NCBI GenBank assembly: GCA_973895155.1
Contig: OZ316894.1
Coordinates: 11,067,874 to 11,131,873, forward strand
Direction of reading: 5' to 3'
Source of the DNA: Marsupella aquatica
Taxonomy: Eukaryota; Plantae; Marchantiophyta
DNA: 64,000 bases
Under the pieces are notes generated by a model. It did no database searches, was not told the DNA's origin, and worked only from the letters and a program-made list of their open reading frames with translations. This document shows positions 23,584-37,110 of this stretch, one piece after another; the first letter of the stretch is position 1; every line of letters begins with the position of its first letter. Position numbers and translations under genes: made by a program.

Positions 23584-26500
23584 AAGTGTTGCTTTTGTGG
23601 AGATGTCGTGTGTTCACGTCCTCTGATAAGCACCTTCGATCAGCAAGGTGAGCAGGAGCTGTACTTGCCTCACCAACAGCAACCAACCTTAAATTATCAG
23701 TTCCCACTCACTGTGTCATTCCATTGGTTCCAGCTAGGGGTCACAGTGTAAACATAGCATGAAACACTCCTAATCAACTTGCTTACAAACTACAATATCC
23801 AGAAAGAGTGAAAGTCTCACCCTCCAGTGAGCAGCAGAGAGGTAGTTCACTAGATGTGTTGATGTGCAGTTAAACCTCCACTATTGCTTACTTCTGGTGT
23901 ATGCTGCTCAGAAGAAGACATATTAGTAGCAGCAAATTGCAAATAATGGCCATAAGCAAACCGTGAGAGTTTGCAGAATGCTACGACAAATCCATCACAG
24001 CAGTGCTCCACAGGAATGAAACCAAGCAAAATTTGGTGACCTCGGCCAATGACAAGGCCAATGTAGTGAACAATCCTTGACCGATCAGGATATGGATTGG
24101 AATTACAATTAGTCAGCTCTTCTTCTTTGTTTTCTAACTCTGGGGGAAATGAGCATGACCAGGGAATTCTCTGAGAAATAGAAGTGCACAGGGAAAATGA
24201 AATTGGCTCATTCAGCTCTGCAAGATGGACCATTGCAGCATACTTGGACAGTTGTTCCGCAATACATAAAATACCCTGACTTACATGCAATTGATACAAT
24301 CTGCTTCTGTTGGCTGTCCTACAGCTCATGGCAGTGCCGTTGGGACAGGGTAAGTGAATATTGCCATAGCTGAAGCACATTGAGCTTGCAGCAACAAGTG
24401 AAGGAGCATGGCCAAAAGCAGAAAAGACAGACAGGTTTTACAAGAAGAAACTAACAACCGCCAATCTGCTCAAATCCGCTGCATAGATCAAACCCTCCGA
24501 ACTACACAGCCCTCCTTTGAAAACAATCCAATGTGCTTTGGCTGGTGGATGACAAGGACTGGGAGAAGAGGAAACGTCTGCACAATCAATCCAAATGACG
24601 GTACACAGAGACCAGGCACAGAGAGGATTTGTGCTTAGACAAAAACCACAAATTGTAGCATGGGCGCCATAGCATTCTAGACAAAGCACAAAACATAGAA
24701 TCTATGAATCTATGACTCATGGACTAACAAAATGATTGGGTAGCATGGCAAAAGGAAAGACAAATTTCAAAATGACAACATGGCCCATTTCCACCATTCA
24801 TTTGACGTTGCTAGGTGTCCGTAAGATGACTGACCCACAAACAATCCCGACAACCTCATCCGACAGACTGCTTTTCTAGTGTGAAGAAATACATGATTAC
24901 AAGCAACACCACGCCTCATCCAAGCAGGGAATTGAAAACATAACCATGTCATTCCTATATTGGACAGTGTCCTCTGCCATTGCACTGCATAGTTGTTATT
25001 CCATGTTGGTTGTCAACAGTTTGTTGGCTTGCCACAACCTAGATAGAACAATAAAATATTGTACATGAATACAACAAGAAAAATCTGCATACAGCGATGG
25101 CCCGGTCACTTGAGGAAAAAACAAAACTAAGAAGGCAGGCACACGGGCAACCGAGAAAAAAAGCTAGTGGCGCCTCGCGGAGAATCCAGAATGGTAATGC
25201 CCTCGCCCAGAAGCTTGGGAAACAAAAGAGAAAAAAGCAAAAACGAGCTACCGACCACCGTCTTGACCAGGCCTGCCACAAGGTATGGCTGGAGGCTGTG
25301 GTCCCCCCCTCAGTAAAGAAAAGGATGCAGGTTGGAGCACGGGGCACAAGGCATGTTTGGATCCAGGAGGAGCAAAACAGTAATGTCAAGCAGGAAGTGT
25401 GGAGAGACCAATCAGTAAACAAAAATAGGGGAGAACAAACATACATCAGCAGCAACAGGAAACGAGAAAGTTGATTTAGGAGGGATTGTAGGGAGAGAGC
25501 TTTTGGTGGGCTCGGCTGTGCGTGAAATATCGGGAGATAGATGCGCGAGAGAGTGAGGAGGGTGGCAAGCGGAAGACGGGTTGGGACTGGACCCTTGGTG
25601 CCGGTGGGTAATATATGGGGTTTCAGCAGACTTGGGGCCAGTTTGAGGAGGATTGAGAAGCGCGCACCCCACGTTCTTGGGTGGTGGTTGGGTGGGGTTT
25701 TGTTTGATTGAAGAAGAAATCACCATTCTCTTCTAGAAGAAAGAAAATCACAGGAAATAGTGGACGGGAGAACAAGGCATGTAATAGAGAAAAACAAGGC
25801 ATGTAATAGAGACAGTGCGCAGCTCAGCTCCGAGGTCACACTTTACGATGCACAGGGGGTCCTTGGTTGCACGTAGGAGAAGGACTGAATCACTGTGGCT
25901 GCTCTTCTCTACTATCGAAGCACCCGGCTGGCAGCTCCGCAAACACTGATCGTAGCTACAATCTCTACACCGTTGATTGAAGAGCAGCTGCAGCACAGTA
26001 AGGAGCTCCCACAGCCTCCCTCTTCAAAGCTCGGTTGACCTAGCTCTACGATCGACGGAGCATGGGCGCCAGACAAAGCACAAACTGTACCATGGAGCTG
26101 GAGAAAAACACAGAGTAATTGAAGCCTAACAATACCCTTCTCAGCTCCTGATTGAATGAGGAAAAACACATTACAAGACACATTGCAGGCAATAGGATTT
26201 TAACAATGAAGTCTCACCTGTGCTGACAGAATACCTGCTTACAGCCACGCGTTGCTCATCCTCCCACAGTTCGGTGGCACACTATCCAGATGGCATGACG
26301 CATGCCTTAACTTATGACGATTTGCGCAGCTCAAATCAAGTAGGTTGTCCCCACAAAAAGACAGAGGACAACAAAGAAAAGCAATGTAGCCGTGATGTCT
26401 TACCAGCCCTGACAATGGGAGCTTCAAAGGCGGTGCACTATGGCTGAAATGGCAGCACGCTGCTCGAACACTAAAGCAACACAAAACTTGGACTCTCACC

Positions 26501-26899
26501 TTATGCAACTCCTGGCTTGTATTCAGCTGGCGTTGGCCCACTCTAAGCTCCTGCGCCGCTCCGACTGCCAGTCGTTCTGTAGACGGTCTGTATCCTCCCT
26601 GACTGCAGCTCCTCCCCGCCCCCAGCTCGTCACCCGCGTCTTCTCCCCAATTTGTGGTGAGCTCCTCCTCGACCACAGCACCCTAAACTGCTTTGCCCAG
26701 CCTCTGATGGCCTTCACGTTGTTACCGATTGTCGCTCCCCACAAAGTCCACAATCCATAAACCAGGCAGATAGTGCGCCCGTAGAACAGATGCAACCCGC
26801 ATGCAGCTTCACCAGCTCAATGGCAGCTCAACAGCTTAAGGGTGCAGCAAAAGGGCGTTGAATAGGTTGTCTCACCTCACCCTTCGAGAGCCGGTCATT

Positions 26900-27150
26900 G
26901 CAGCATCCCTAAACTCCCGATCCCTCTTCTCGGATTCCACAGAGCCGACCACAAGAAAATGGGAACACTAAACCTCACTGTAGAGACGTTCCCACCAAGA
27001 TTACACGGAAAACCTTGCTCCGATCCCTAAGCTCCCAATCCCATCGAGAGAACACGATAAAACCTTGCTCCAATCCCTAAACTCCCGATCCCACCAAGAG
27101 AACACAATAAACCTTGCTCCGCAAGTTGGGAATGTGGCGGGATCCCTAAA
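26900..27150. repeat. About 50-bp imperfect tandem repeat in the CACTA 5' region
   Basis: Recurrent AAAACCTTGCTCC...ATCCCTAA(A/G)CTCCC(G/A)ATCCC units. Confidence 0.7.
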
Positions 27151-28389
27151 CACATCAACAACCTGCTAAGTGTAAGCAAAGTTGCATAACCGGCTTGTTC
27201 CCTTCCAACGGTCGCGCGACTCGGGTGTCCAAACGGTACTGCAAGCGGTACAGGCCCCTAGCTTGGGATACCCTTACCAAAGTCACTGGTGTTGCCGACA
27301 TGGTAACGGCAAGATTATCCTGACCCTCCATAAACCCCCTCCATTCACTCAAGTGTTGTGAGTGACAACTTAGTGTAGTGTCGCTAAACAAATACTTTGG
27401 CCTTAGCAAATATCTGTGGTGATCGAACTTCATTAAACCAAACCTCTTTTGGTCACAAATAAGGCCATTTAATGAGTGATGCCCCTTGTCATCACCCTCT
27501 TAATTTATGCAATTACCCCTCCTGAACACAATTGAACATTGTCCAAATTGCCTACCCTCATGAATAATTTGTCAATTATCTTTCCCGACATATATGATGT
27601 CAATGGACATGATGGGGAACATGATGTCAATGGACATGATGCCAACGATCCAATGGTTCCTAAACCCCCATCCCCTTAACATGCAACCCCCGACCCTTGA
27701 CATCAAACCCCCCTAAACCCCCTTTAGTGAAAACCCAGCCACCCCCTAGCCTTGACATATAAACCCCCTAAACGTCTTCACAACTCGACTGTGGCCAGAC
27801 TATCTTTGCAATGCCAAGGGCCATTTTTAGAGTGCATGCCGCTTGCAAGCTCAGGCTCTCAAGATCCTCCCAAGGCAGCAAACAAGTTAGGGTCCCTAAA
27901 CATGTTCCTTTACCCTAAACCATTGCGTCACTATTTCAATCGAGTGTTCTTTGCCTGGACAACCCCCTAACCCTAAACCCACACCCCCTTGAGACCGGTA
28001 CAAATCTACCTTTGTGCATCTTGGCCTTTTATTGATGGAGTTAGTAATCGATCCCTCCGTAGTCCACCCTCCATGAACCTCACTCCAAAACCTTTTTTGT
28101 CACAAATAAGGCCATTTATTGAGTTATGCCCCTTGCTATCTCCCTCTTTACAGAATTACCCCTCCTCAACATAAGTGAACATTACCCATGATGTGCTAGA
28201 CTATTCACCGTTCACAAAGTAGCAAGGTTACTTCTCATAGTCTTTTAGTGAACCATAAAACACTAATAGTCTTTTGTAGTCTTCAACAAAACTGGTGCAA
28301 TGGGTGCGAGTCGTTTCAAGTATGGAAAAAGGACTTAGTGGGCTTAGTCCTATAAGGTATGGTCTAAATTGCCCCGGTTTCTACTAGTG

Positions 28390-28764
28390 TCTGTTGCTTG
28401 GGCCATTGGGTGCATAAATGGATCCAATGTTGAGAGGCCCCTTGTTGGATTCAATAGTGATCCAAGCACAGGTTCTGTCACCCTTGCTACCCTTGCTAAT
28501 CACTTTGATCGAGCTTGGAGTGACCACCGCAGCTCCAACTCTTCCATCAGCTCCATAGTCTACAACAAAGTTTCCCCCTGGCAATAAATTAGACAACATG
28601 AAGTCACATTTATTCACTTTGACCTTGCATTCTTGAAGACAGAGTACGTGTATGTCAGGTTGAGCTCTTTTAATCCAATTCCCAAGAATTCTGGATCTGT
28701 TGGGATCGCCCAGACGATTAACGTTCCATGATCCGATCTTGATGTCATCAATCATCAAGCACAA
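28390..28764 (-). pseudogene. LINE ORF2 fragment 1: APE endonuclease N-terminus
   Basis: IGSWNVNRL, VLCLQECK, SIYAPN; joins in frame to fragment 2 (SNRY*RKLLWGW) after removing the CACTA and one TSD. Confidence 0.9.
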
Positions 28765-31145
28765 TTGTTGAGTGGCTTAACCTTTGCTGTGGGTTTTCTC
28801 ATAGTGGCTTTGACTCCAAGTTTGGTGATGATTTCTCCCTTGAGTCGTTCCTTGAAAGCACGTGGTGCTTTGTGAACATTTGGATCAAGCTTCTGTAACG
28901 TTGGGTCATTGACTGGTTCGGGTAAGAGTACAGGCGAAAGCAGCTTGTCAGGGATAGGGGATTCCACAGTGCTTGATTCCTGTGGTTCCACTCTAGCAAA
29001 ACCAGGCCGGTAATCTTCCATCAGTATCCTGATGCTAGAGTCTCCTTGCATAGTGTTGCCTGTCGAATCTGGAGGGTCAAGATCAAGGTCTTTCATGCTG
29101 GCGCTTCTGTCAGAGTGGGGAGAATGATGTTCTTCTTCATCCATCTGCATGGGGGATCCATCCGGGAGATCCGCTCCAGTTGCAGTCTTGATTTTCTTGT
29201 GAGGTCCGTGTGCGGGTGTGGTTGACCCAGGATCATTGAGAGCAACTGCTGTAGTGTTTGCTGGTGCTGCAAGTGCCTTTCGAGTGTTTTTGATGGAGGT
29301 TTGTTTTGCTGCTTCAACAGTTGATGCTGTCAGTTAGCTATCCATGGCTTGCTTGTGGTGTTTGATTGGTGTGAGTACAACGGTGCCCTGGGTGGGATTG
29401 ATGTCTCTCTGTTTCTGATTCTTCGTGGGTGTTCTGACGTCCATGTTGGTCAGTTTGCTTGGATGTGGCTTTGTTGGCGTCTTAGACTGATTCTCAGTAT
29501 CATTTATAGTATCTGTTGCTTCCTCCAGTGCTTCGAATGGGTTGCTTGTGGTTGCAGGTTGTATAATGCAAATAGTGTTAGCCCTGTCTCCCTTGTGCCC
29601 CTGTGCTTTACTCTTTACTGTCACGAATCCAGTGTCATCTCCTGTCATATCTCCAGCCAGGTTGGTCTTCGTGACGACTTGATCAGGAGACAGTTGTAGT
29701 TCAGCTTCAGGGTTCCTGTCAGCTGTTGTTGTTTTCTTCTTTGTGGGGCAGTATCTAGCCTGGTGTCCTTGTTTCCTGCATACAAAGCAAGCGTCTGGCA
29801 TTGATCTGTACTCAACTGCTATTTTAAAATCTCTAATCCCTGGTAAGCTAAAGATTATATATTCAATAAGATCTTGATTCAAATCAATCAGCACACATCC
29901 ACGTATGTGTGGAAATCTGCTCCGGGAACTAGTGGTGGCAGCATAAACTACTATGCCGACAGAGGCCAGCAGTTCGTTGGCATAAATCTCTAATGACGGA
30001 TGTACCATAGGCAGATCAATCCAGACGGGAGCCAGTGATCTCTACATTGACTGGGCGTCAAAATCAGCAGCCCATGGCATAGCCATAACGAGCTTGTTCC
30101 CCATGTGGAATGGTACCTCTGCTAGAATTTGATTTTGTTCTTCATGAGTTGAGACGACAAGTAAGAAAGTACAGCGCGCAATCACCTTTACTTGCTCAAC
30201 TCTGATGTTCATATTCTGTACTAGCACATCGTCTACCCAAGCTTCAAAATGATCTCTCGAGGGATTGAAATCAACAGTGTAGATTATAATACCCCTATCT
30301 TGGAGATGCAAGACTCTGCTTTTGATGGTCGTGGGGTTCCCTTCAAATCGCACGGCACGCATTCCGGGTGCAAGAGCTTCTGGTGGATCAGGTAGATGAT
30401 TGAGAGCCGCAATGAGTTCTCCATCGGAAATCATTTCTCCTGCCTTGATATCAAAGTTTCCATCTTCGTATGGATTAGCTGTAGCTTCAATTGATGGTGG
30501 GTTGCGTGTTGTGGGGTCATTTCTGCGAGCAATGTGGTTGTAAGTTTTGCCAGTAGCCGCGATTGCAACATACGATTTATCTGTGTGGCTTCTTCCTTGT
30601 TGGTGTTGCTGTTTGCTGTTCCTTGGTTCAGGCTGATTTAGCTGCGCTTGGAGCCATTCTCCGGATTGCCTGTGGGCGGTGAGAGCGTTGTGGTGGCTTT
30701 GCTGCTTAGTCTCGTCAATCTCCATTGCTTTTCCGGGGTGCTCCGTTTCCTCCATCTCGGTGCTCGATTTTTGCCCTAAATTGCTTTGTCGTGAATCTTT
30801 GATCTGCTGTTCAGAACAGAGGGCATCAGCGTCGTGGTTGAATACTGGAAGCAAATCGCATTGCTTTTTGTATACAATTTTAGCTTCCAGGTGTTGCCGG
30901 CCAGTTGCTTCAGATCCAATGGTCTGTTGCTTTTCTGCTTTTTCCATCTCAATGTCCATTGCCCTGCTGCAGCTTGGGAAGCGACGCTGATGCACTGCTG
31001 CCTCCGACTCACTCTGTTCTTTTCTGATGTGCGATCTATCATACCAATCTTGGTGTACTTCATCGTTCCACTGGTCATTATCGTATGCAGGTCCTGAGTC
31101 AACGAGAGTCTTTGGAGCTTTTTTGTTTGTGCTTGATTTTGCCAT
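28755..31145 (-). pseudogene. LINE (L1-type) ORF1 with zinc knuckle, disrupted
   Basis: PFHMGNKLVMAMPW, PVWIDLP, RGCVLIDL, CFVCRKQGHQARYC, SNPFEAL, typical of plant L1 ORF1; directly upstream of ORF2. Confidence 0.85.
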
Positions 31146-32561
31146 TTTGCGAGCTGCTTAGGTCGTTGATCAGTGTGAAGAGAAACTTGATAGGGCCACT
31201 GCTTGGCCTGCGTTTGATTTTTGTCTCTTTGTGTCTACGTTCCTGTTAGCAGTGTGCGTCTCAGTCGATCTGGCCATGACTACCATAGCCCGCAAGCTCC
31301 AATGCTGTGCCCATTCAGTTTTCCCTCAAGCACCTAATGTCTCATCCTAGCCATTCTTATGTGGGAACTGGCCACACTTCACTTTACATGAACTTGGGGG
31401 CACAATCAAACAAAAGCATTACCCAACCTAGTCATCTGTCAGTGAGCCCCTTGTGGGTCCCTTTTTTGCTGATGTGTGCAAGCTTTTTTGTCAAAAACTT
31501 AGACCTAGTCTTGAGGACTTGAGGTGGTCTAAAACCTGGAGCAAACGGCAGCTTAATTATTTGCAGAGAATTGCATTGATTACTTCCAAACCTGACACAT
31601 TTTGGCTCCGGCATTTTAATTTTTGTATAAGGAAATAGCCATCGGCTTTGCTTTGGATGGAGAGACACTGAACAGCCTCCACGTCTTGTAAAGTGCCCCT
31701 AAGGATAGCAGTCTGAGTAACGGGTGTGCGGCTAGGTGGGATGTAAAACTACAGTAGCCAATCTATGACAAAAATAGACTTGTCGAGAGGTAAAATTTAG
31801 CTAATTTATGCCAATATTAAAGAAGCTTCTTTACAGTACCAGGCTAATTTTAAAGTTTTTTTTGCCGGGTTTGCCAATGCCACCTTGTGTGAAGGAGAAC
31901 ATGCTGAGAATATCTTTTAGGTAATTTTATTCAAGGCTTCTTTCTGACTGTTGTATCCTGGCTATTGGAGAGAAAGCATTGTATCTAATGCAAGCAAAGA
32001 GTCTATAATTTTTGCCAAAAGTGGCAAGCCTCTTTTTTGTCTTGAACTTAAATGAGAAAGAACACTTATTAGTCTCTCCCACCCAAATAGTGACATACTC
32101 TCATTGTAGGGCAGGCTACGGACATACGCAAGAGGGGGATGCCTGGGAACGGGTAGTGTGTATGTACACACAAATTTGGCCCTAAACTAACCCAAAAACA
32201 ACAAATTTGGCCATTTTCAAAACCAAAAGACATAAGCTAGACACCTTGCTGGACTCCCAAGAAGAAAAGTGATAGCCACCAACAGGAACAAACACCTAAA
32301 ACATGTGAGAACAAACCCCTAAAATACTAAGTGGTTCCCCAAGGAATGACACAAACTTTGATTCATCCGCACCACGGATGAATGTGTGACCATCAACATG
32401 TTGTCTCGTTCAATCTAGATCATATCCCAACAGAAAGCCCTTGCACTAATCTATTTGCTAAGCCCATCACATCCAAGTTTCATGAGAAAAATCTCCAAAT
32501 AACTACCAACACTTAACACTAGAAAAATGTCACAATCTCCTAGGAATGCTCATATACCAAT

Positions 32562-33242
32562 CTTTGAGCAAAGATGGCATTCACCTTGACAAGCCCATGA
32601 TCATCCAATGCAGAACTAGTCGACCTAGAGAGGTATGTGGTTCACCTTGGCTAATGTTGAGCAAAGACGACATTCACAACGGCTTGCCCATAGTCATCCA
32701 ATGATGAAGTAGTCAACATAGAGAGATGTATGTGGTTCACCTTCTCATGAGGCTATGTCCAACAGAACACACAAGAGCTTTACTACACGATAGGGCGACC
32801 AACCATACTGAACATCCACAACACAAGCTCTCCTTATCTCTCAATTGGCCCCGTAGCAATGAGCCTGAGTTCCTCCTAACCAAGGAAACACCGCTTGGGA
32901 TATAGAGTGTGCAAAGCATGACTAACCTAGTCTGTGACTAAGGTTAGCCCAAGTAACTATGGTAAAGTCGTAACTCATAGCTAAGGCCACATTTCTGGGA
33001 ACACATGAGAGCTTTCCTGCACTCTAGGCCAGCCGGCCATACCGGGTCTCCACAACACAAGTTCTCCCTATCTTTCAACTGGCGCGGTAACAATGAGCCT
33101 GAGTTCCCCCTATCCAAGCAAACATCATTTTCATTGGATATAGTGTGCAACCTAGTTAGCCTAACCTACTCTGCAACTAAGATCACCCCTAACTATGCAT
33201 GGTTACAATCATAACCCTAGACCTAAAAGTAAATGTCTAATA
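32562..33242 (-). mobile_element. Degenerate copia-type LTR with adjacent PBS-like site, interrupted by a second LTR
   Basis: Similar to the LTRs at 40335 and 63488; GCTCATATACCA (32548-32559) resembles an iMet PBS with 2 mismatches. Confidence 0.7.
32655..32979 (-). mobile_element. Solo LTR nested inside a related LTR
   Basis: TGTTGAGC...CTCATA flanked by the 5-bp TSD GCTAA (32650-32654 / 32980-32984). Confidence 0.78.
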
Positions 33243-33244
33243 AT

Positions 33245-33384
33245 AACTCCCATTCACTACCCACAAACCTCATCCCACCCACACACATATACCCTCCACA
33301 CCCCTGTGTGTGGAGGGGGATTGAATCTGGGACCTTTGAGTTCCAAGCTAATCCCCTAGCCAACTGACCTAAGCCAACAGTGGC
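33245..33384 (-). mobile_element. tRNA-derived SINE-like sequence or tRNA relic
   Basis: Minus strand has A-box-like TAGGTCAGTTGG and B-box-like AGATTCAATCCC at tRNA-like spacing, followed by a non-tRNA body. Confidence 0.55.
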
Positions 33385-34211
33385 AAGACTTTTAGTGAGG
33401 TGTAGTTTGGCCAAAGCAAGACTTGATCATTGGCGCCATGAAACGTGCCAAGAATGCTCATACTTTTATAGAACAAAATATTTTACTGAACAACAAAATG
33501 AACTCTAATTGTGATTGTTTTGTGACAAAAGAAAGAAGTCTTGCACACTTCCCCCTCTTATATGGCTGCTGGCAGTTTAAGTCAAGCTACCTTTTGACAA
33601 AAATTGGGATATGTGGGACATCTCCAACACTCATCTTTTACCCTCACAAACCTTTTTTTCACAAAGTGTAATCTACAATTTGGCACTTTGCTTTAGTGAG
33701 CAAAGTTAGAGCCAAAACTAAGCTAGTGGCTGCTTCAAATAAGGAACACATTCTAAGTAAAGTGTAAGAGTATTATGTTCTTACGAAAGAAATTTCTAAG
33801 AAAAAAAAGTGCTCTTAAAGTGTTATTCCAGTTTGTGAAAAAATTATATTTGAGTATACAAAATTGAATGTTAGAGATGTCCAAAAGCCCCAATTTTCCC
33901 CATAGGTAGAAGCTTGCAATATTAGATTTAACAAAGTTTGCATTCTGCATGTTCAGTGATGCCCCAAGTTGCGGTGGGGCCATGTGTTGTGGAGGCAGAC
34001 CCAACAGTAGATGTTGTGGATTTCCTGTATCTTCAGTATTTAAAACTTCCTGGTCAAGTCACAAAATCCATATTTGATGTTTATCAAGTCCTAAAGATGT
34101 AGAAAAGGCCCGTTAAGTCCTTTGTAGTTTGGCAAAATTTTGTAATTAAAAAGAAGGCTAGTTTACACCCTCACGCTCTCCCACCAAGGACAAGGATTAA
34201 GGTACAGTGTG

Positions 34212-34404
34212 ACACAGTAACTAACTGCAGCCTTGATAAGAGGAATCCCTTTGTAACGTGCAAGGCCAGAGCTTCCTCCCTTTCACCACGGCAGTTAAAC
34301 AGTTACCTTACACAGTGATTAACTGCAACCTTGATAACAGGGATCCCTTTCTAACGTGCAAGGCCAGAGCTCTCTCCCTTTGACCACGGCAGCTAAACAG
34401 TTAC
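34212..34404. repeat. Tandem duplication of a unit of about 98 bp
   Basis: ACACAGT...TAACTGCA...AACGTGCAAGGCCAGAGC...CCACGGCAG...AAACAGTTAC occurs twice. Confidence 0.85.
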
Positions 34405-34598
34405 TACAGTACAACTTCATGACTGCAAAACCCCTTGGTAAAACACAAGTTCCTGTCTAAGAAGGTACTCTCGATCACTGTACTTTTTGGTGTTTCTTCT
34501 TTTTTTCCAGTGTGGCCAATGTCGCCTTGTGTGAAGAGAAGACACTTAATATTTGTTATCTGATCTTTCCTTATTACTTTCTGAAATCTCCCTCCATA

Positions 34599-34812
34599 TA
34601 TATATATATTTATATATTTATTTATATATTTTTGGCAAAAGGCCTAAAGCCCAAAACTTTATTCCATAACATTGGACCAAGAGAGCCAACAAAATGATTG
34701 CCTGGGAGGAGGAGGAGGCAGGAAAGAAACGAACAATTAAGGGGGCAAAAGAGGGGGCACCCCCGGAGAAACGGAGAATGAGACCCCCATCCAATCTGCC
34801 AATAGGGGAGGT
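34599..34812 (-). mobile_element. Short retroposed insert (SINE or LINE 3' end)
   Basis: A/TA-rich tail at left; TSD TCCCTCCATA (34589-34598 / 34813-34822); an uninterrupted paralogous site follows at about 34880-34950. Confidence 0.6.
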
Positions 34813-37110
34813 TCCCTCCATACATTTAAGGTTGATCATTAGATTTTGGCTATTTTGAGTCAGGGTAAAACTATCCTTATAACTTTCTAAAATCTCCCTA
34901 CATATATTTAAGGGTGACCATTAGATTGTTGCTATTTTGAGTCAGAGTAACACAAATTTTTGTCTGTTTTCAGAATATTTCTTTCCCACGTTTGTTCAGA
35001 TTTTTAGTAAAAAATGGGTGATGTTGATTCTAAAGTAACACTATTTCATTCCAAGGAAAGTAACACTATTTCATGAGCGCGGAAATAGTGTTATGACAAT
35101 ATTTAGGTTGACTAACAGTAATTCATGTGTAGACGCTGAAAATTGGCACTCTCAAATTAGTGTTAGTCACATTAATTAAGGTGAAAAGTGTAGCTAATTT
35201 TTGTCAAATGTGGCCGACACTTTTCACAAGGGACTAAACTAGTTTTTGTCACAAGTGGCAACTACTTTTTCACACAAGTGGAATCTAGTGAATTTTAGCC
35301 ACTAAAAAAATAGCTGCTCTGAGTAACCTGTAGCGTACATTGTGTATCACTGAATAGCATTTCATATTTTTTGGAAATCCTAAGTACCGTCTGACCTCAT
35401 TAGTTCACCATAGGGGTTGATCTACTGCTCAAAACATAGATCTATCTGAGATATACTGCCACTAAGGTCCTAAAAAATAAACAATTCATATTTTCTCACA
35501 AATCACCAAAAATAGGGTAAGAGGGTCCTATGATGCAAAGTGAGAGGGAGAGGCTGGAGGGGATTTCTGTTCACCTTGGCAAATCAACTATGGTGGGTTA
35601 GACTAATTAAGCTGTGGTTTGTAAGATAAGATATATGAGGACAAAACAACCCTCGTTTCTACTTTGTTTAGAATCATATTTCTGACTGATTATGGTAACC
35701 TGGATCCACTAAATTTTGGTTGAGGTTAGTGGCAGTGTTTTATAACAATTGTAAATTAAAGAGCTGTAAGCTTGGACTGGATCTACATCCAAACCTTTGG
35801 TCTTATTGGCTTTCTAACCTTACATGGGATCTGCCGAGATGTGGAACTAGCATGCCTATCAAGTGAGAATTTTGACTTCATACGAAGGACATTTTGGGAT
35901 CCAATCCAAGTTAAATGTTCCAAGAGCCAACTTAATAGAGACATTGTGAGAGATGGAGATAGAAAAGGGGCACGGCCCATATGAACTTTTTCCATACCTT
36001 ACCTACACTTTTCTCAGTCTGATAATTTGCTTAATGTGCTTTTGTATCGTACCAATTTAGAAACAAAGTTGGTGAAGTTGCTTTGATCACAAATATGAAC
36101 AGTGGTGGAGACAACAATCAAGACCATGGTTGTGAAAAAGGACCTCCATCATGGCTCTCATTGTCCATGCCAAACACCCAAATAGAGGACTCGCTACTCT
36201 TTGTATGGCCCAGACTTTTGGTTTTAGAGCCACTAGTCAAATTCCTCTTCATGACCCTCTCTGCATTTTTTTCTCTGAAGCATTACCAAACTTTTCAGTT
36301 TGGTGCTCAGCAAGGCCTTAGTTCTGACATTATTGGGGACTCGTGGGATTTTTGGCTCTGTGGTTGTTCTGTTTCTTTCCCTTGTTTTCACCCCTTTTTA
36401 GGTCTTGCCTGTGGATCATGTCACCTAGTTAGGCACTTCTTATTCCTTGGGAGTTTGTTATATGTAAGAGATGTGTCCGAAGCTTACAATTATGTTTCTA
36501 AGAGGGCAGAGTGTGTGAAAAATTTATAAGAGTTGGGCTTAAACCTTACACTTATGTCCTGGGGGTCACTATATGGAGGGAAACGGTTTGGGTTATGTAT
36601 GACACCCCTTAGTTACTTTAAATGAAGTTGACACCAATCATGTGATCAATGACATCTATTATTGTGTAATTTAGATACCTTATATTTTCAATTAAAATTA
36701 GTTTAAAAAAATTCTCTAAAATGACTAAAATGACCCTGTACTTTGGTGCACATGATGTGGACCTGACCCCCCAAGCTTATGGCTCTAAGAGGGCAGAGTG
36801 AACTTATCAAAAAATCAAACAATACTTACATAATAGTGCATTAATTGGAATATGCACACCCAATGCTACTATTCAGGTGTTGGGTGACACCCGGCAACAA
36901 TGAAGGTCACGTCCTATTTGCACAATAGTTTGCAAATGTTGTTTAGCTTTTTGTGGATACTGGCAATGAAGCATTAACACTAGCGCACATACCGACTTCC
37001 TATACATGGTACCATTTCATATAAGATTTGAAAATATTTGTCTAGCTACCTTTCCATCTAAGGAGCGCAAAATTACCCCAAAAGCATGTTAGATCATTCA
37101 GTGAGACATG

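Larger units (their letters stand above)
11338..28389 (-). mobile_element. CACTA (En/Spm) transposon, complete, about 17 kb, with cargo ORFs
   Basis: 18-bp perfect TIR CACTAGTAGAAACCGGGG at 11338 and its reverse complement ending at 28389; 3-bp TSD TCT on both sides; GACT/AGTC-rich subterminal repeats. Confidence 0.96.

Noticed and set aside
23850-26800. Several 60-180 aa ORFs in the CACTA 5' region
   Set aside because: No recognisable motifs, and overlapping ORFs on both strands; they cannot be supported as genes
27655-27985. CCCTAAA/AAACCC telomere-like motifs
   Set aside because: They are scattered single motifs inside a CACTA subterminal region, not a tandem telomeric array
33312-33384. 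Functional tRNA gene
   Set aside because: A/B boxes are degenerate and I could not form a convincing acceptor stem, so it is treated as SINE-like
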